A stretch of DNA of 64,000 nt, from positions 4,935 through 68,934 of the forward strand of contig JBGQJC010000008.1 of NCBI GenBank assembly GCA_041498815.1, read 5' to 3'. The DNA comes from Alphaproteobacteria bacterium. Its GTDB lineage: Bacteria; Pseudomonadota; Alphaproteobacteria; DATDPM01. Position 1 is the first letter of the stretch. The number at the start of each line of letters is the position of its first letter. Below the pieces are notes generated by a model. The model saw nothing but the letters and a program-made list of their open reading frames with translations, had not been told where the DNA came from and searched no databases. This document shows, in pieces, positions 48,606-58,201 of the stretch. Made by a program: the position numbers and the translations under genes.

Positions 48606-50051
48606 ATGCCTATCGCCTTAAAATACGGTGTCGTATATGCGGTCGCGATCGGCCTGCTCGTGCTGTTGGCGCTGGTCGCGCATGACGGCACCGCCCGATT
48701 TAGGCAAGCGTCCGACGCCGCCGATCGCTCGCAAGAGCTGATTAACCAACTCGACGGTCTGCGCGGCGGTTTGATCGATATTGAAACCGGAAGCCGCGGT
48801 TTCGTCATTACCGGCGATCCCAAGTTTCTCGAGCCCTATCAAACCGCTCTTGCCGTGGTTCCCGGACGCTTGGCTGCCATCGATGGCCTGATCGACCGAA
48901 ACACGGTGCAAGGCCAGTACTTCGATGACCTTCGCGACATTGTCCGGCAGCGATTGGACCAGTCGGCCAAAACCATTGCGCTGCGTGGCAGCGCTGGTTT
49001 CGAAGCTGCGGCTGAAGCCGTCAAGAGCGGCGTCGGCAAGCGGCTCATGGACCAAATTCGCGACGCGATCGCGACGATGATCGCGTCCGAAAGGGCTCAT
49101 CTCGTTCAGCGCGACGCGCAAACCGTGGAGTCCTTCAATTACATTAAACGCGTTTCGATCTCCGGCGCAGGTGTTGTATCGGCGTTCATCCTCATCTGCG
49201 GCGGTCTTCTGGTGCGCGGCATGAATCGGCGAATCGGCCAACTTGTCGATGCCGCCGGCAAACTCGGCGCCGGCAAATTCGATCACAGACTCGTTGTGAA
49301 GGGGCAAGATGAAATCGCGGTTTTAGGTCGCGCCTTCAACCAAATGGCGGATCAGTTGCTGGAGCATAAGGATGCTCTCGATTCCTTTGCCTATACCGTG
49401 GCCCACGACCTGCGTGCGCCGCTTCGCTCCATGCAGGGATTCTCCCAGGCCTTGATCGAGGATTGTGCGGAGCAACTGGATGATCAAGGCCGCGATTACG
49501 CCACTCGCGTGATCGCAGCCGCGAGGAAAATGGACGGGCTGATTCAAGATCTTCTTGCGTATAGCCGGATCGGGCGCACGCAGATGGACGTTCAGCGCGT
49601 GCCTCTCGATCGAGTCGTGAACGGCGCCTTGGCGTCGCTTGCCGCGATCATCGACGACACCGGCGCCGAGGTGCACGTCGAGCGGCCGTTGCCTTCCGTG
49701 CGCGCCTTCGGTCCGATGCTGGAACAGGTCGTCACGAACCTTGTGGGCAATGCGGTCAAATTCGCAAAGGCCGGCATGAAGGCCGACGTCCGGGTGTCGG
49801 CGGAGACACGGAACGGCGCAGTGCGCTTGTGGGTCGCGGACAACGGCATCGGCATCGAACCCGACCACCATCAGCGCATCTTCAAGGTATTCGAGCGGCT
49901 ACACGGCACCGAATCCTATCCCGGAACCGGCATCGGGCTCGCCATCGTCCGCAAAGGGATGGAACGCATGGGCGGGCGCAGCGGCGTCGAATCTTCGCCG
50001 GGCCAAGGAAGCCGCTTTTGGATCGAACTGCCGCGGGGAGAAATATCATGA
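48606..50051 (+). CDS. Sensor histidine kinase CHASE3-HAMP-HisKA-HATPase
   Basis: ETGSRGFVITGDPKFLEPY and MDQIR (CHASE3), DEIAVL (HAMP), VAHDLRAPL, GTGIGL. Confidence 0.9.
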   Translation: MPIALKYGVVYAVAIGLLVLLALVAHDGTARFRQASDAADRSQELINQLDGLRGGLIDIETGSRGFVITGDPKFLEPYQTALAVVPGRLAAIDGLIDRNTVQGQYFDDLRDIVRQRLDQSAKTIALRGSAGFEAAAEAVKSGVGKRLMDQIRDAIATMIASERAHLVQRDAQTVESFNYIKRVSISGAGVVSAFILICGGLLVRGMNRRIGQLVDAAGKLGAGKFDHRLVVKGQDEIAVLGRAFNQMADQLLEHKDALDSFAYTVAHDLRAPLRSMQGFSQALIEDCAEQLDDQGRDYATRVIAAARKMDGLIQDLLAYSRIGRTQMDVQRVPLDRVVNGALASLAAIIDDTGAEVHVERPLPSVRAFGPMLEQVVTNLVGNAVKFAKAGMKADVRVSAETRNGAVRLWVADNGIGIEPDHHQRIFKVFERLHGTESYPGTGIGLAIVRKGMERMGGRSGVESSPGQGSRFWIELPRGEIS

Positions 50052-50500
50052 ATCCGGCCGACTGCACCGTCCTGCTCGTTGAAGACAATCCCGACGATGT
50101 TTTATTGACCAACCGGGCGTTCAAACGCGCCAATCTCATCAACCCGATCCAGGTCGTGGACGACGGGGACCGGGCAGTCGCCTATCTTTCCGGCGCGCCG
50201 CCCTTCGACGACCGCGGCCGCTTTCCCCTTCCCGTTCTGATCTTGCTCGATCTCAAGCTTCCGCGCCGCTCGGGATTGGAGGTTCTGAAATGGCTGCGCG
50301 CCGTCCCCGGGTTGAGGCGGCTGCCCGTGGTGGTGCTGACCTCATCCGCCGATTCGGGCGATGTCAACAATGCCTACGACATGGGTGCGAACTCGTATCT
50401 CGTGAAGCCGGTCGGGTTCGACGCGCTCTTCGACATGGTCAAGGTTTTGCAGCCCTATTGGCTCATCTTGAATCAGCAGCCGGCGGTTGTGGGGGCGTGA
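50048..50500 (+). CDS. Single-domain response regulator, Rcp1-like
   Basis: VEDNPDD, LLDLKLP, VVLTSS, GANSYLVKP, YWLILN tail. ATGA overlap with the kinase. Confidence 0.9.
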   Translation: MNPADCTVLLVEDNPDDVLLTNRAFKRANLINPIQVVDDGDRAVAYLSGAPPFDDRGRFPLPVLILLDLKLPRRSGLEVLKWLRAVPGLRRLPVVVLTSSADSGDVNNAYDMGANSYLVKPVGFDALFDMVKVLQPYWLILNQQPAVVGA

Positions 50501-50531
50501 GCATGCCCTGGCCGGATTTGGGGAGGAACCC

Positions 50532-52454
50532 ATGCACGCGCTGCTGATCGACGATAATCCCGACGACCGCGCCTTGGTGAAGCGCGAACTGGCGCATGCC
50601 TTCGATAAGGTCGAGGCGACGGATGTCTTTGACGCGGACGGGCTGAACAAATCGCTGATGCGCGGCGATTTCGATCTGGTCGTCACGGACTATTGCCTTA
50701 TGTGGACCGACGGACTCGAGGTCTTGAAGGCCGTGCGCCGGAAATATCCCCTGCATCCGGTCATCATGTACACGGGAACGGGGAGCGAAGAGATCGCGGT
50801 CGCCGCCATGCAGGCGGGGCTCGACGAATACGTCGTGAAATCACCCGCCAACGTTGCCCAGATTCGGGTGGCGGCGGCCTCCGCGATGCAAAAAGCGGCA
50901 CAGCGGCAGGCCTTGAAAGAGCAGGAAGACCGAACCCGAACAATCCTCGATATCATGGTGGACGCCATCATCACCATCGACGAGCGCGGCCTCGTTCAAT
51001 CCTTCAATCCCGGCGCCGAGCGCATGTTCGGATATGCCGCGGCCGAGGTGATCGGCGAGAACATAAAACTCCTGATGCCGGAGCCCCATTTCAGCCAGCA
51101 TGAACGCTACCTTGCCGATTATCTGAGGACCGGGGAGCGCAAGATCATCGGGATGCGGCGCGAGTTGGAAGGCCGCGCCAAGGACGGCCGTGTTTTCCCG
51201 CTCGAACTTGCCGTCGGCAAAGTGCGCCTCAGTTCGGGCAAGCGCCATTTCATCGGTTCGCTCCGCGATTTGAGCGAACGCACGCGATTGGAGGAGCAGC
51301 TGCGCCGCAGCCAGAAGATGGACGCGCTCGGCCAGCTCACCGGGGGCATCGCCCACGATTTCAACAATCTGCTTACCGTCATCCTCGGAAATCTCGAATT
51401 AGTTGGAGGTAAAGCCGGCGCGGACGCCGAATTGCGCCGCGCCGTCGAGATCGCCATGAGCGCGGCCGACCGGGCGGCAGCCTTGACCGGGCGGCTTCTT
51501 GGCTTTTCCCGGCGTCAGGTGCTGCAGCCCCAATCTCTCGATCTCGCAAGCGTGGTCAACGACATGTCCGAAATGCTCGCACGCACATTGGGCGAGAACG
51601 TCCGAGTGGAAACCGTATGCCCGGCGGACTTGTGGCATGTCATGGCCGACAAGCACGAAATTGAGAATGCCGTCCTCAACCTCGCCATCAACGGCCGGGA
51701 TGCGATGTCGCGCGGCGGTATGATCACGATCGAAACCCAGAACGTGCGCATCGACGCGGACTACGCACGGGAGAATCCCGACGCCGTTGCCGGCGAACAC
51801 GTGATGATTTCGGTCGCCGATACCGGAACCGGCATGCCGCCCGCGGTGTTGGCCCGCGCCTTCGAGCCGTTTTTCACGACCAAGGAAGTCGGCAAGGGGA
51901 CGGGGCTTGGGCTCAGCATGGTGTACGGTTTTGCCCGCCAATCCTCGGGACATGTCAAAATAGAAAGCGAGATCGACAAGGGCACCACGGTCAAATTGTA
52001 TCTTCCCCGCTGCGAGCTGGACCGGTCCCGCGCCGTGCCGGACACTGTAAGCACGGTGGCGAAGCGCAGCGGCGAGACCATTCTGGTGGTCGAGGATGAC
52101 GAGCTCGTGCGCGGCACGGTGATTGCGCAACTGGAACGCCTGGGATACCGGGTGATGGCGGCCAAGGACGGGCCATCGGCCCTGATTATCCTGAACGGCG
52201 GCACGCCGATCGACCTGTTATTCACCGATGTCGTGATGCCGGGCGGGATTAGCGGACGGGAGTTGGCCTGCGAGGCCGTCAGACTACGCCCGCGGCTCAA
52301 GGTCGTGTTCACCTCCGGTTACGACCAGATGCGCAGCAACAGCAAGGAACCCTTGGTCGAACGCGCCGATTTCCTGCCGAAGCCATTCAAGCAGCAGGAA
52401 CTCGCGTGCAAAATCCGCGAGGCCTTAGGCGCCGCGGCCGGCGCCGCGGCATAG
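50532..52454 (+). CDS. Hybrid kinase REC-PAS(FixL-like)-HisKA-HATPase-REC
   Basis: GGAGG RBS. PAS LMPEPHFSQHERY...KIIGMRRELEG...FPLELAVG, GIAHDFNNLL, GTGLGL. Confidence 0.88.
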   Translation: MHALLIDDNPDDRALVKRELAHAFDKVEATDVFDADGLNKSLMRGDFDLVVTDYCLMWTDGLEVLKAVRRKYPLHPVIMYTGTGSEEIAVAAMQAGLDEYVVKSPANVAQIRVAAASAMQKAAQRQALKEQEDRTRTILDIMVDAIITIDERGLVQSFNPGAERMFGYAAAEVIGENIKLLMPEPHFSQHERYLADYLRTGERKIIGMRRELEGRAKDGRVFPLELAVGKVRLSSGKRHFIGSLRDLSERTRLEEQLRRSQKMDALGQLTGGIAHDFNNLLTVILGNLELVGGKAGADAELRRAVEIAMSAADRAAALTGRLLGFSRRQVLQPQSLDLASVVNDMSEMLARTLGENVRVETVCPADLWHVMADKHEIENAVLNLAINGRDAMSRGGMITIETQNVRIDADYARENPDAVAGEHVMISVADTGTGMPPAVLARAFEPFFTTKEVGKGTGLGLSMVYGFARQSSGHVKIESEIDKGTTVKLYLPRCELDRSRAVPDTVSTVAKRSGETILVVEDDELVRGTVIAQLERLGYRVMAAKDGPSALIILNGGTPIDLLFTDVVMPGGISGRELACEAVRLRPRLKVVFTSGYDQMRSNSKEPLVERADFLPKPFKQQELACKIREALGAAAGAAA

Positions 52455-52507
52455 TAGGCGCGGTTGGGCTAAGCACTTCCCGGCGAGCGAATCCGGTCCA
52501 GCGCGCC

Positions 52508-52945
52508 CTATTCGACGGCAAAGACCTTCGGCACGCCGCCGGAAATCACGTAGATCGTGAGCGGAGCGGTCTTTTCCCCGGCCATTCCCGGTGAACCCGC
52601 CGGCATACCCGGTAAGGCAATGCCCTTGATCTCGGGCTTCTGCGCCAGCAACCGGTGGATGACGCCCACCGGAACATGCCCTTCGACCACGTATCCGCCG
52701 ATCAGCACGGTGTGACAGGCGGCAAGGGCATCGGGAACGCCGTATTTCGCCTTGACCGCGGCAAGGTCATCGGTGTCGACGACCGTGACCTGGAACCCGT
52801 TCTTTTTCAGATATTCCACGTAATTTGCGCAGCAGCCGCAGGCGGGGTCCTTGTAGACCGTGGCTTGCCGGGACTCGGCCGTAAACCCGTTGATCGGGGT
52901 CAGTGCCGCGACCAGAAGAATGAACGCCACAATAATTTTCTTCAT
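52508..52945 (-). CDS. DUF411 / CopG-like periplasmic metal-binding protein
   Basis: Signal peptide, YKDPACGCC, ACHT, EGHVP, PGMPAGSPGM. Confidence 0.85.
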   Translation of the reverse strand: MKKIIVAFILLVAALTPINGFTAESRQATVYKDPACGCCANYVEYLKKNGFQVTVVDTDDLAAVKAKYGVPDALAACHTVLIGGYVVEGHVPVGVIHRLLAQKPEIKGIALPGMPAGSPGMAGEKTAPLTIYVISGGVPKVFAVE

Positions 52946-52980
52946 ATTGAACTCCTTCCGAATGCGACGGAATTTTGGCG

Positions 52981-53433
52981 TCATGAGGCGGGCGGCCAGC
53001 CGTGCGTTTCGCGGCGCGCCTCTTTCAGCCAAGCATACAGTGCATCATAGGCCACCATGCCGTGGCGCAACATCTCGTGATCGTCCCGGAATAACACCGA
53101 CAGTCCGAGCGACAGCGCCAAAAGCCCCGCCGCCTCGGGCGCCAAGTCGAGCCGGCCGGTGTCGGCCCCGCGCACGATCACCGCAAGGTCGCGGAGTGCG
53201 GCGTCGTCGATCCGGTATTTTTTGAGAAAGGTATCGAAGCTGCACAGCGCCCCATCGTGGGACAACTCGACACCCGGAATGTCGAAGGGGATGGCGCCGG
53301 CCTCTTCCGCGACCGCCAGGACTCGGTCCGGGGGCACGAACAAAAACTCGGGCGCATCGTCGATGAATCGGGCGATCAGCCAGGGGCAGGCGATGCGGTC
53401 GATCTTCGGACGTTCGCGTGTAACCCACTTCAA
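52981..53433 (-). CDS. Chromate-resistance ChrB-C/ChrF-like protein (no HTH)
   Basis: KWVTRERPKIDRIACPWLIARFID, PFDIPG, CSFD, YDALY. TTG start. Confidence 0.8.
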   Translation of the reverse strand: MKWVTRERPKIDRIACPWLIARFIDDAPEFLFVPPDRVLAVAEEAGAIPFDIPGVELSHDGALCSFDTFLKKYRIDDAALRDLAVIVRGADTGRLDLAPEAAGLLALSLGLSVLFRDDHEMLRHGMVAYDALYAWLKEARRETHGWPPAS

Positions 53434-53445
53434 GGGGCCGACTCT

Positions 53446-53483
53446 CTAACGGTATGAGGTTTGGCTAACGGCATGAGGTTTGG
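53446..53483. repeat. 19-bp tandem direct repeat upstream of the ChrF-like gene
   Basis: ctaacggtatgaggtttgg (53446-53464) and ctaacggcatgaggtttgg (53465-53483), one mismatch. Confidence 0.85.
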
Positions 53484-53532
53484 CGTCCCGGAAATACCGG
53501 GGGCCGCGACGCCCAATTCCCGTTTCCGCAAT

Positions 53533-53609
53533 TGGTCGGAGCGGCGGGATTTGAACCCGCGACCCCCAGACCCCCAGTCTGATGCGCTACCAGGCTGCGC
53601 TACGCTCCG
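53533..53609 (-). tRNA. tRNA-Pro (anticodon GGG)
   Basis: 77 nt, CGGAGCG...CGCTCCG-ACCA. Anticodon loop CT-GGG-GG. Confidence 0.95.
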
Positions 53610-53670
53610 ACCTTGCGGAAATTTTACAGGTTAGACCGGGCCGCGCCTATATGGCCCGTGGGCGCCGGTC

Positions 53671-54138
53671 TTAATCCTCGCGCAGACGCGTGGAGGCGCG
53701 AAGAATCTCCCGGATTTCCAGGAGATCGCGCAGTACGGATTCGAGTGCGGCGCGCTTGGACCCGGGAAGGGTCCCGGCGACGCCGTCGATCACGGAGGCC
53801 ACATGGGGCGCGACCTCGGCCAAGGCCGGGCGCAACGGCGGATCGGCGGTGGGTTGCCCTTTGGGACCATCGCTGCGGAACAGGCGCTGGACCCCTTTGA
53901 TGGTGTAGCCGTCGCGATAGAGAAGCTCGCGAATGCGATTGAGAAGCTGAACGTCCTCCGGCCGGTAATAGCGGCGCCCGCCGCCCCGTTTTAGCGGGCG
54001 AATCTGGGCGAATTTGGTTTCCCAGAACCGCAGCACATGCTGAGGCACATCGAGCTCGGCCGACACTTCGCTGATGGTGCGGAAAGCCGACGGCGACTTT
54101 TGCAGCCGGGGCGCGGTCACGCGGTCGAGATGGCCCAT
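53671..54138 (-). CDS. MerR-family HTH regulator (ihfA-linked)
   Basis: [39 protein letters not shown]. Confidence 0.9.
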   Translation of the reverse strand: MGHLDRVTAPRLQKSPSAFRTISEVSAELDVPQHVLRFWETKFAQIRPLKRGGGRRYYRPEDVQLLNRIRELLYRDGYTIKGVQRLFRSDGPKGQPTADPPLRPALAEVAPHVASVIDGVAGTLPGSKRAALESVLRDLLEIREILRASTRLRED

Positions 54139-54140
54139 GA

Positions 54141-54461
54141 TCAGGACGTGCCGCGGCCGGCGCCCGAAAGCGCCCGGTTGATCCGGTCCTTGAGCACGTG
54201 CGAGGCCCGGAAGACCAGCACGCGGCGCGGCAGGATGGGAACTTCCTCGCCGGTTTTGGGATTGCGCCCGACGCGGCGGCCCTTCTGGCGGACCGAGAAG
54301 CTTCCAAAGGACGATATCTTCACCATCTCGCCCCGGCTCAAGGCATCCGCGATCTGTTGCAGGACCGATTCGACCAGCTCCGCCGATTCGTTGCGCGACA
54401 ACCCGACTTCCTCGTATACCGCCTCGCTCAGGTCCGATCGGGTAATCGTTTTTGCGCTCAT
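54141..54461 (-). CDS. ihfA: Integration host factor alpha
   Basis: [36 protein letters not shown]. Confidence 0.95.
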   Translation of the reverse strand: MSAKTITRSDLSEAVYEEVGLSRNESAELVESVLQQIADALSRGEMVKISSFGSFSVRQKGRRVGRNPKTGEEVPILPRRVLVFRASHVLKDRINRALSGAGRGTS

Positions 54462-54544
54462 GCTCCTGCCACTCCCTTTATGCAAAGGCTAACCGCGGGG
54501 CGGTAGCGCGTCAATTGCGAACGAAGGATTTTTTCGGACCGCGT

Positions 54545-55519
54545 TTACCATCTGAGCAAGCATGAACCCCAGGTGAGCCCGCCGCCGATTGCCTCCAAAA
54601 GGATAAGGTGGCCCGGCTTGATGCGGCCGTCGCGCTTGGCTTCGGCAAGCGCCAGCGGAATCGAAGCGGCCGAGGTGTTGGCGTGGCGGTCGATGGTGAC
54701 GACGAGGCGCTCCTCCGGCAAGCCCAGCCTCTCAGCGGTGCCGGTCATGATGCGCCGGTTCGCCTGGTGCGGCACCAGCCAGTCGATGTCGGAGATTTGC
54801 AGCCCGTTTGCCGCGAGCGCCTCGTTGACCACCTCGGCGAGCTTGACCACGGCGTGGCGGAATATTTCTTTTCCTTGCATGCGGAGATGACCCGCGGTTT
54901 GCGTCGAAGACGGGCCGCCGTCCACGTATAGAAGGTCGTGGTATCGGCCGTCGGAATGGAGATGAGTCGAGAGAATGCCCCGGTCGCGAACCGTGCCCTC
55001 GCCTTCGCCGCGCCGTAAGACCACCGCCCCCGCCCCGTCCCCGAACAGCACGCAGGTGCCGCGGTCGGTCCAGTCCAGAATGCGCGAAAAGGTTTCGGCG
55101 CCGATGACGAGCACCGTGTTGGCGCCGCCGGTCCGGATCATGCTGTCCGCAACCCCAAAGGCGTAGACGAATCCGGTGCATACCGCCTGGAGGTCGAAGG
55201 CGGCGCCCTGCGTGATGCCAAGCGCCGCCTGAACCTTGGTCGCCGTCGCCGGAAAGGTTTCATCGGGGGTGCTGGTGGCGACGATCACGAGATCGACCCC
55301 GCCGGGCGGGATCCCGGCATCGGCGAGGGCGCCTGCTGCGGCGCGGGTGGCCAAATCCGAGGTCAGTTCGCCTTCGGCCGCAATATGGCGCTGGCGGATG
55401 CCGGTGCGCTCGGCGATCCACATATCCGTGGTGTCGAGCCGGCGCGAAAGCTCTTCATTGGTGACGATGCGCGCGGGCAGATACGATCCGCAGCCCGCGA
55501 CCTGGGAACGCGGCACCAT
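54545..55519 (-). CDS. fabH: Beta-ketoacyl-ACP synthase III
   Basis: [36 protein letters not shown]. Confidence 0.95.
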   Translation of the reverse strand: MVPRSQVAGCGSYLPARIVTNEELSRRLDTTDMWIAERTGIRQRHIAAEGELTSDLATRAAAGALADAGIPPGGVDLVIVATSTPDETFPATATKVQAALGITQGAAFDLQAVCTGFVYAFGVADSMIRTGGANTVLVIGAETFSRILDWTDRGTCVLFGDGAGAVVLRRGEGEGTVRDRGILSTHLHSDGRYHDLLYVDGGPSSTQTAGHLRMQGKEIFRHAVVKLAEVVNEALAANGLQISDIDWLVPHQANRRIMTGTAERLGLPEERLVVTIDRHANTSAASIPLALAEAKRDGRIKPGHLILLEAIGGGLTWGSCLLRW

Positions 55520-56568
55520 TAAACCGCCGCCGCCTGCGCCGCCAGATCCTGTTCGCCGCCGAGGCGTTCCAACTCGTCTTTAATCGTGGTGCTGTAGTCG
55601 TTGACGATCATGTCCGCGGCAACGCCGATCGCGTTCGCGAATCCGATGGCGTCGGTCCCGCCGTGGCTTTTCACGACGATGCCGTTGAGCCCCAGCAGGA
55701 TCGCGCCGTTGTAGCGCCGCGGGTCGAGCCGGACGCGCAGTTTCTCGAGCGCCGGCCGGCACAAAAGATAGCCGAGCCGGGCGGCGAGCGAGCTGCGGAA
55801 CGACTCGCGCAGGAAAACCGAGAACAGCCGCGCCGTTCCCTCGACCGTTTTGAGGGCGATGTTTCCCGTGAAACCGTCGGTGACGATCACATCCACGGTG
55901 CCGGCGCCGATATCGTCGCCCTCGATGAAGCCGTGAAACCGGATGGGCAATTTGGTCGCGCGCAGGATTGCCGCCGCCTGGCGCACCGCCTCGTGGCCTT
56001 TCAATTCTTCGGCGCCGACATTCAAAATGCCGATCGTGGGCTGCGAAAGGCCCAATGCCGCCCGCGCGAACACCTCGCCCATGACCGCGAATTGAACCAG
56101 GTTATTGGCGTCGCATTCGACGTTCGCGCCGAGGTCCAGCATCACGCTTTCTCCCCGCAGGGTGGGGAAGAAGGTGGCGATGGCCGGGCGGTCGATCTGG
56201 GGATGGGTCCTGAGGACGAATTTGGCGATGGCCATCAAGGCCCCGGTGTTTCCCGCCGACACCACCGCGCCGGCCTCGCCGCTTTGGACCGCATCGATGG
56301 CCAGCCCCATGCTGGAGGTTCGCCCGCTGCGCAGGGCCTGCGCCGGCTTTGCATCCCCGGTAATGATCTCCTCGGTATGGCGGATGGTGGTGACCCGGGC
56401 GAGTTCCGGGAAGCGGCCGATGAGGGGCGAAAGCTTCGATTCGGCGCCGAACATGAGATAGCGCACGGCCGGCAGCCGCTGGCGCGCGAGCTCGGCCCCG
56501 TGCACCACCATGTCGGGCGCACGGTCGCCGCCCATGGCGTCGAGCGCGATCGTAATCTTATGGGCCAC
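55519..56568 (-). CDS. plsX: Phosphate acyltransferase PlsX
   Basis: [32 protein letters not shown]. Confidence 0.95.
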   Translation of the reverse strand: MAHKITIALDAMGGDRAPDMVVHGAELARQRLPAVRYLMFGAESKLSPLIGRFPELARVTTIRHTEEIITGDAKPAQALRSGRTSSMGLAIDAVQSGEAGAVVSAGNTGALMAIAKFVLRTHPQIDRPAIATFFPTLRGESVMLDLGANVECDANNLVQFAVMGEVFARAALGLSQPTIGILNVGAEELKGHEAVRQAAAILRATKLPIRFHGFIEGDDIGAGTVDVIVTDGFTGNIALKTVEGTARLFSVFLRESFRSSLAARLGYLLCRPALEKLRVRLDPRRYNGAILLGLNGIVVKSHGGTDAIGFANAIGVAADMIVNDYSTTIKDELERLGGEQDLAAQAAAV

Positions 56569-56601
56569 CGAATCCCCCCAGGAATGGCCGGATATGGGGC
56601 C

Positions 56602-56784
56602 TCAGGCCCCTTCGGCCGGGACCACTTCGCGTTCGTTGTAATAGCCGCAGGACCCGCAGACGTGGTGGGGCCGCTTGGTCTCGCCGCAGTTCGGGCATTC
56701 GACCGTGGCCGCCGGTTTCAGGGCGTGATGGGACCGGCGCATGTCGCGGCGCGACTTCGATGTCTTCTTTTTCGGAACTGCCAT
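56602..56784 (-). CDS. rpmF: 50S ribosomal protein L32 (zinc-ribbon form)
   Basis: [34 protein letters not shown]. Confidence 0.96.
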   Translation of the reverse strand: MAVPKKKTSKSRRDMRRSHHALKPAATVECPNCGETKRPHHVCGSCGYYNEREVVPAEGA

Positions 56785-56880
56785 GGCTATCCTTCGCTTC
56801 GCCCCCTCGCGGGGCTTATCGACCTCGCGGGGCGGGCGCTTAGTTAATCGAAAAGCCGGGACCAAGCAACCCGCTTGCCC

Positions 56881-57441
56881 TTATCGCCCTTGATCCTGCC
56901 CGTTTTTCCGCAATGAGGCGAGAGCGGCAAAGGGGCCGTTTTCCGGCCGTTCCGGGGCCAATCCCGAATAATTTTCGGCGGCGAAGGTGACGCCCGCGGC
57001 CCTCGGGTAGGGATCCAAGGCGACGGCCAATTGCTGGGCCACCGCCTCCCCGATGTCGAGGACGCCGCCCGTCAAAGGCTCCGGCAGGTCTTGGGCCCAG
57101 GGGGACAGGTCGAGCTCGGCGCCGTCGTCGAGCTCAACCGCGGGCGTGAACGTGATCGAAAATGCATCGGCGATGCGGGATTTTACCGGCTCGAGCGTCA
57201 CCACGCAGGACTGGACCACGTCGGCGGCGAATTCGCCTTCGACCCTGACCTGGGACCCGCGCAGTTTTTTGAGGCGCACCGTCGCCTTCAAGCTATCGAG
57301 TGCCAGGAGTCCGAAGCGCGCGGCGAGCGCGGCCCGCTCCCCCGGCCCGGCCTCGATTTCCCGGCGGAGATCTTCGGCCGCCAGGGCTTCGATGTTGACG
57401 ATGCGCGAGAATTCCACCGGGGCGGGTCCGGAATCGATCAT
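56881..57441 (-). CDS. YceD/DUF177 family protein
   Basis: QSCVVTLEP, LDIGE, LDPYPR, PFAALASL. Directly upstream of rpmF. Confidence 0.88.
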   Translation of the reverse strand: MIDSGPAPVEFSRIVNIEALAAEDLRREIEAGPGERAALAARFGLLALDSLKATVRLKKLRGSQVRVEGEFAADVVQSCVVTLEPVKSRIADAFSITFTPAVELDDGAELDLSPWAQDLPEPLTGGVLDIGEAVAQQLAVALDPYPRAAGVTFAAENYSGLAPERPENGPFAALASLRKNGQDQGR

Positions 57442-57623
57442 GTCGCCCTCCCTCGATCGGCGCGCCCCAAGGGATCGCGCCGCAGGACCGTGGCGCGAAA
57501 GTTAGGGCGCGATGCGCCGCTTGGTCAACCGTGTGGGCCGAACAGGCCCGGTTCCGGCGCCGCCGGCGTTATCGCTCCGCCGTGTTGACAGGAGGCAAGC
57601 CGCGGTGCCAACGTCATCCCGAG

Positions 57624-58136
57624 ATGGGGAAGAAATCGGGCAATTTGAAGGGGTTGGCCTTGGCCGCGTGCCTAGGCGGGCTGTTTCTTGGCGCCTGCTC
57701 GTCCATGGTCCATACCGACGGGGTGGTTCTGGACGACACGAAGGTCGGCTCGATCCAGCCCGGCGTGCAGTCCGAAGACGACATCAAGAGGCTGATCGGA
57801 ACGCCGTCGAGCAAATCCATCTACGGCGAAAAGACCTGGTACTACATCACCCGGCGCACAAGCCGGGTGGCCTTTTTCGATCCGTCGGTCCAAGAGCAGA
57901 AGGTGATCGCGATCACCTTCGACGACTCCGGCAAGGTAAGCGGTGTCCGCCAATACGGGCTTAACGATTCCCAGGATGTGTCGCCGGTTGCGCGCACCAC
58001 GCCCACCAAGGGCAAGCACCTAACCTTCCTCGACCAGATGATGGGCAATCTCAACCGCTATGGGCCGAGCGCCGGCAGCCGGCCGGGCGGCGGCGGACCA
58101 GGCGGCGGCGGACCGGGCGGCGGCGGTAGCCACTGA
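57624..58136 (+). CDS. bamE: Outer-membrane assembly lipoprotein BamE
   Basis: Lipobox LGAC, LIGTPS, WYYI, Gly-rich GGGGP tail. Confidence 0.85.
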   Translation: MGKKSGNLKGLALAACLGGLFLGACSSMVHTDGVVLDDTKVGSIQPGVQSEDDIKRLIGTPSSKSIYGEKTWYYITRRTSRVAFFDPSVQEQKVIAITFDDSGKVSGVRQYGLNDSQDVSPVARTTPTKGKHLTFLDQMMGNLNRYGPSAGSRPGGGGPGGGGPGGGGSH

Positions 58137-58201
58137 ACGGCCGGCGGTTCGGCTCGCGCGGGCTCGCGCGGGCCGGCTCTAGGCAATAATTCGATTTCTT
58201 A

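Noticed and set aside
53446-53483. Tandem 19-mer considered as a CRISPR remnant
   Set aside because: Two adjacent units, no spacer and no cas genes. Kept only as a repeat.
58087-58131. GGGGP and AESG (about 23446-23490) coding micro-repeats
   Set aside because: Short in-frame low-complexity tails with no sign of phase variation or mobility.
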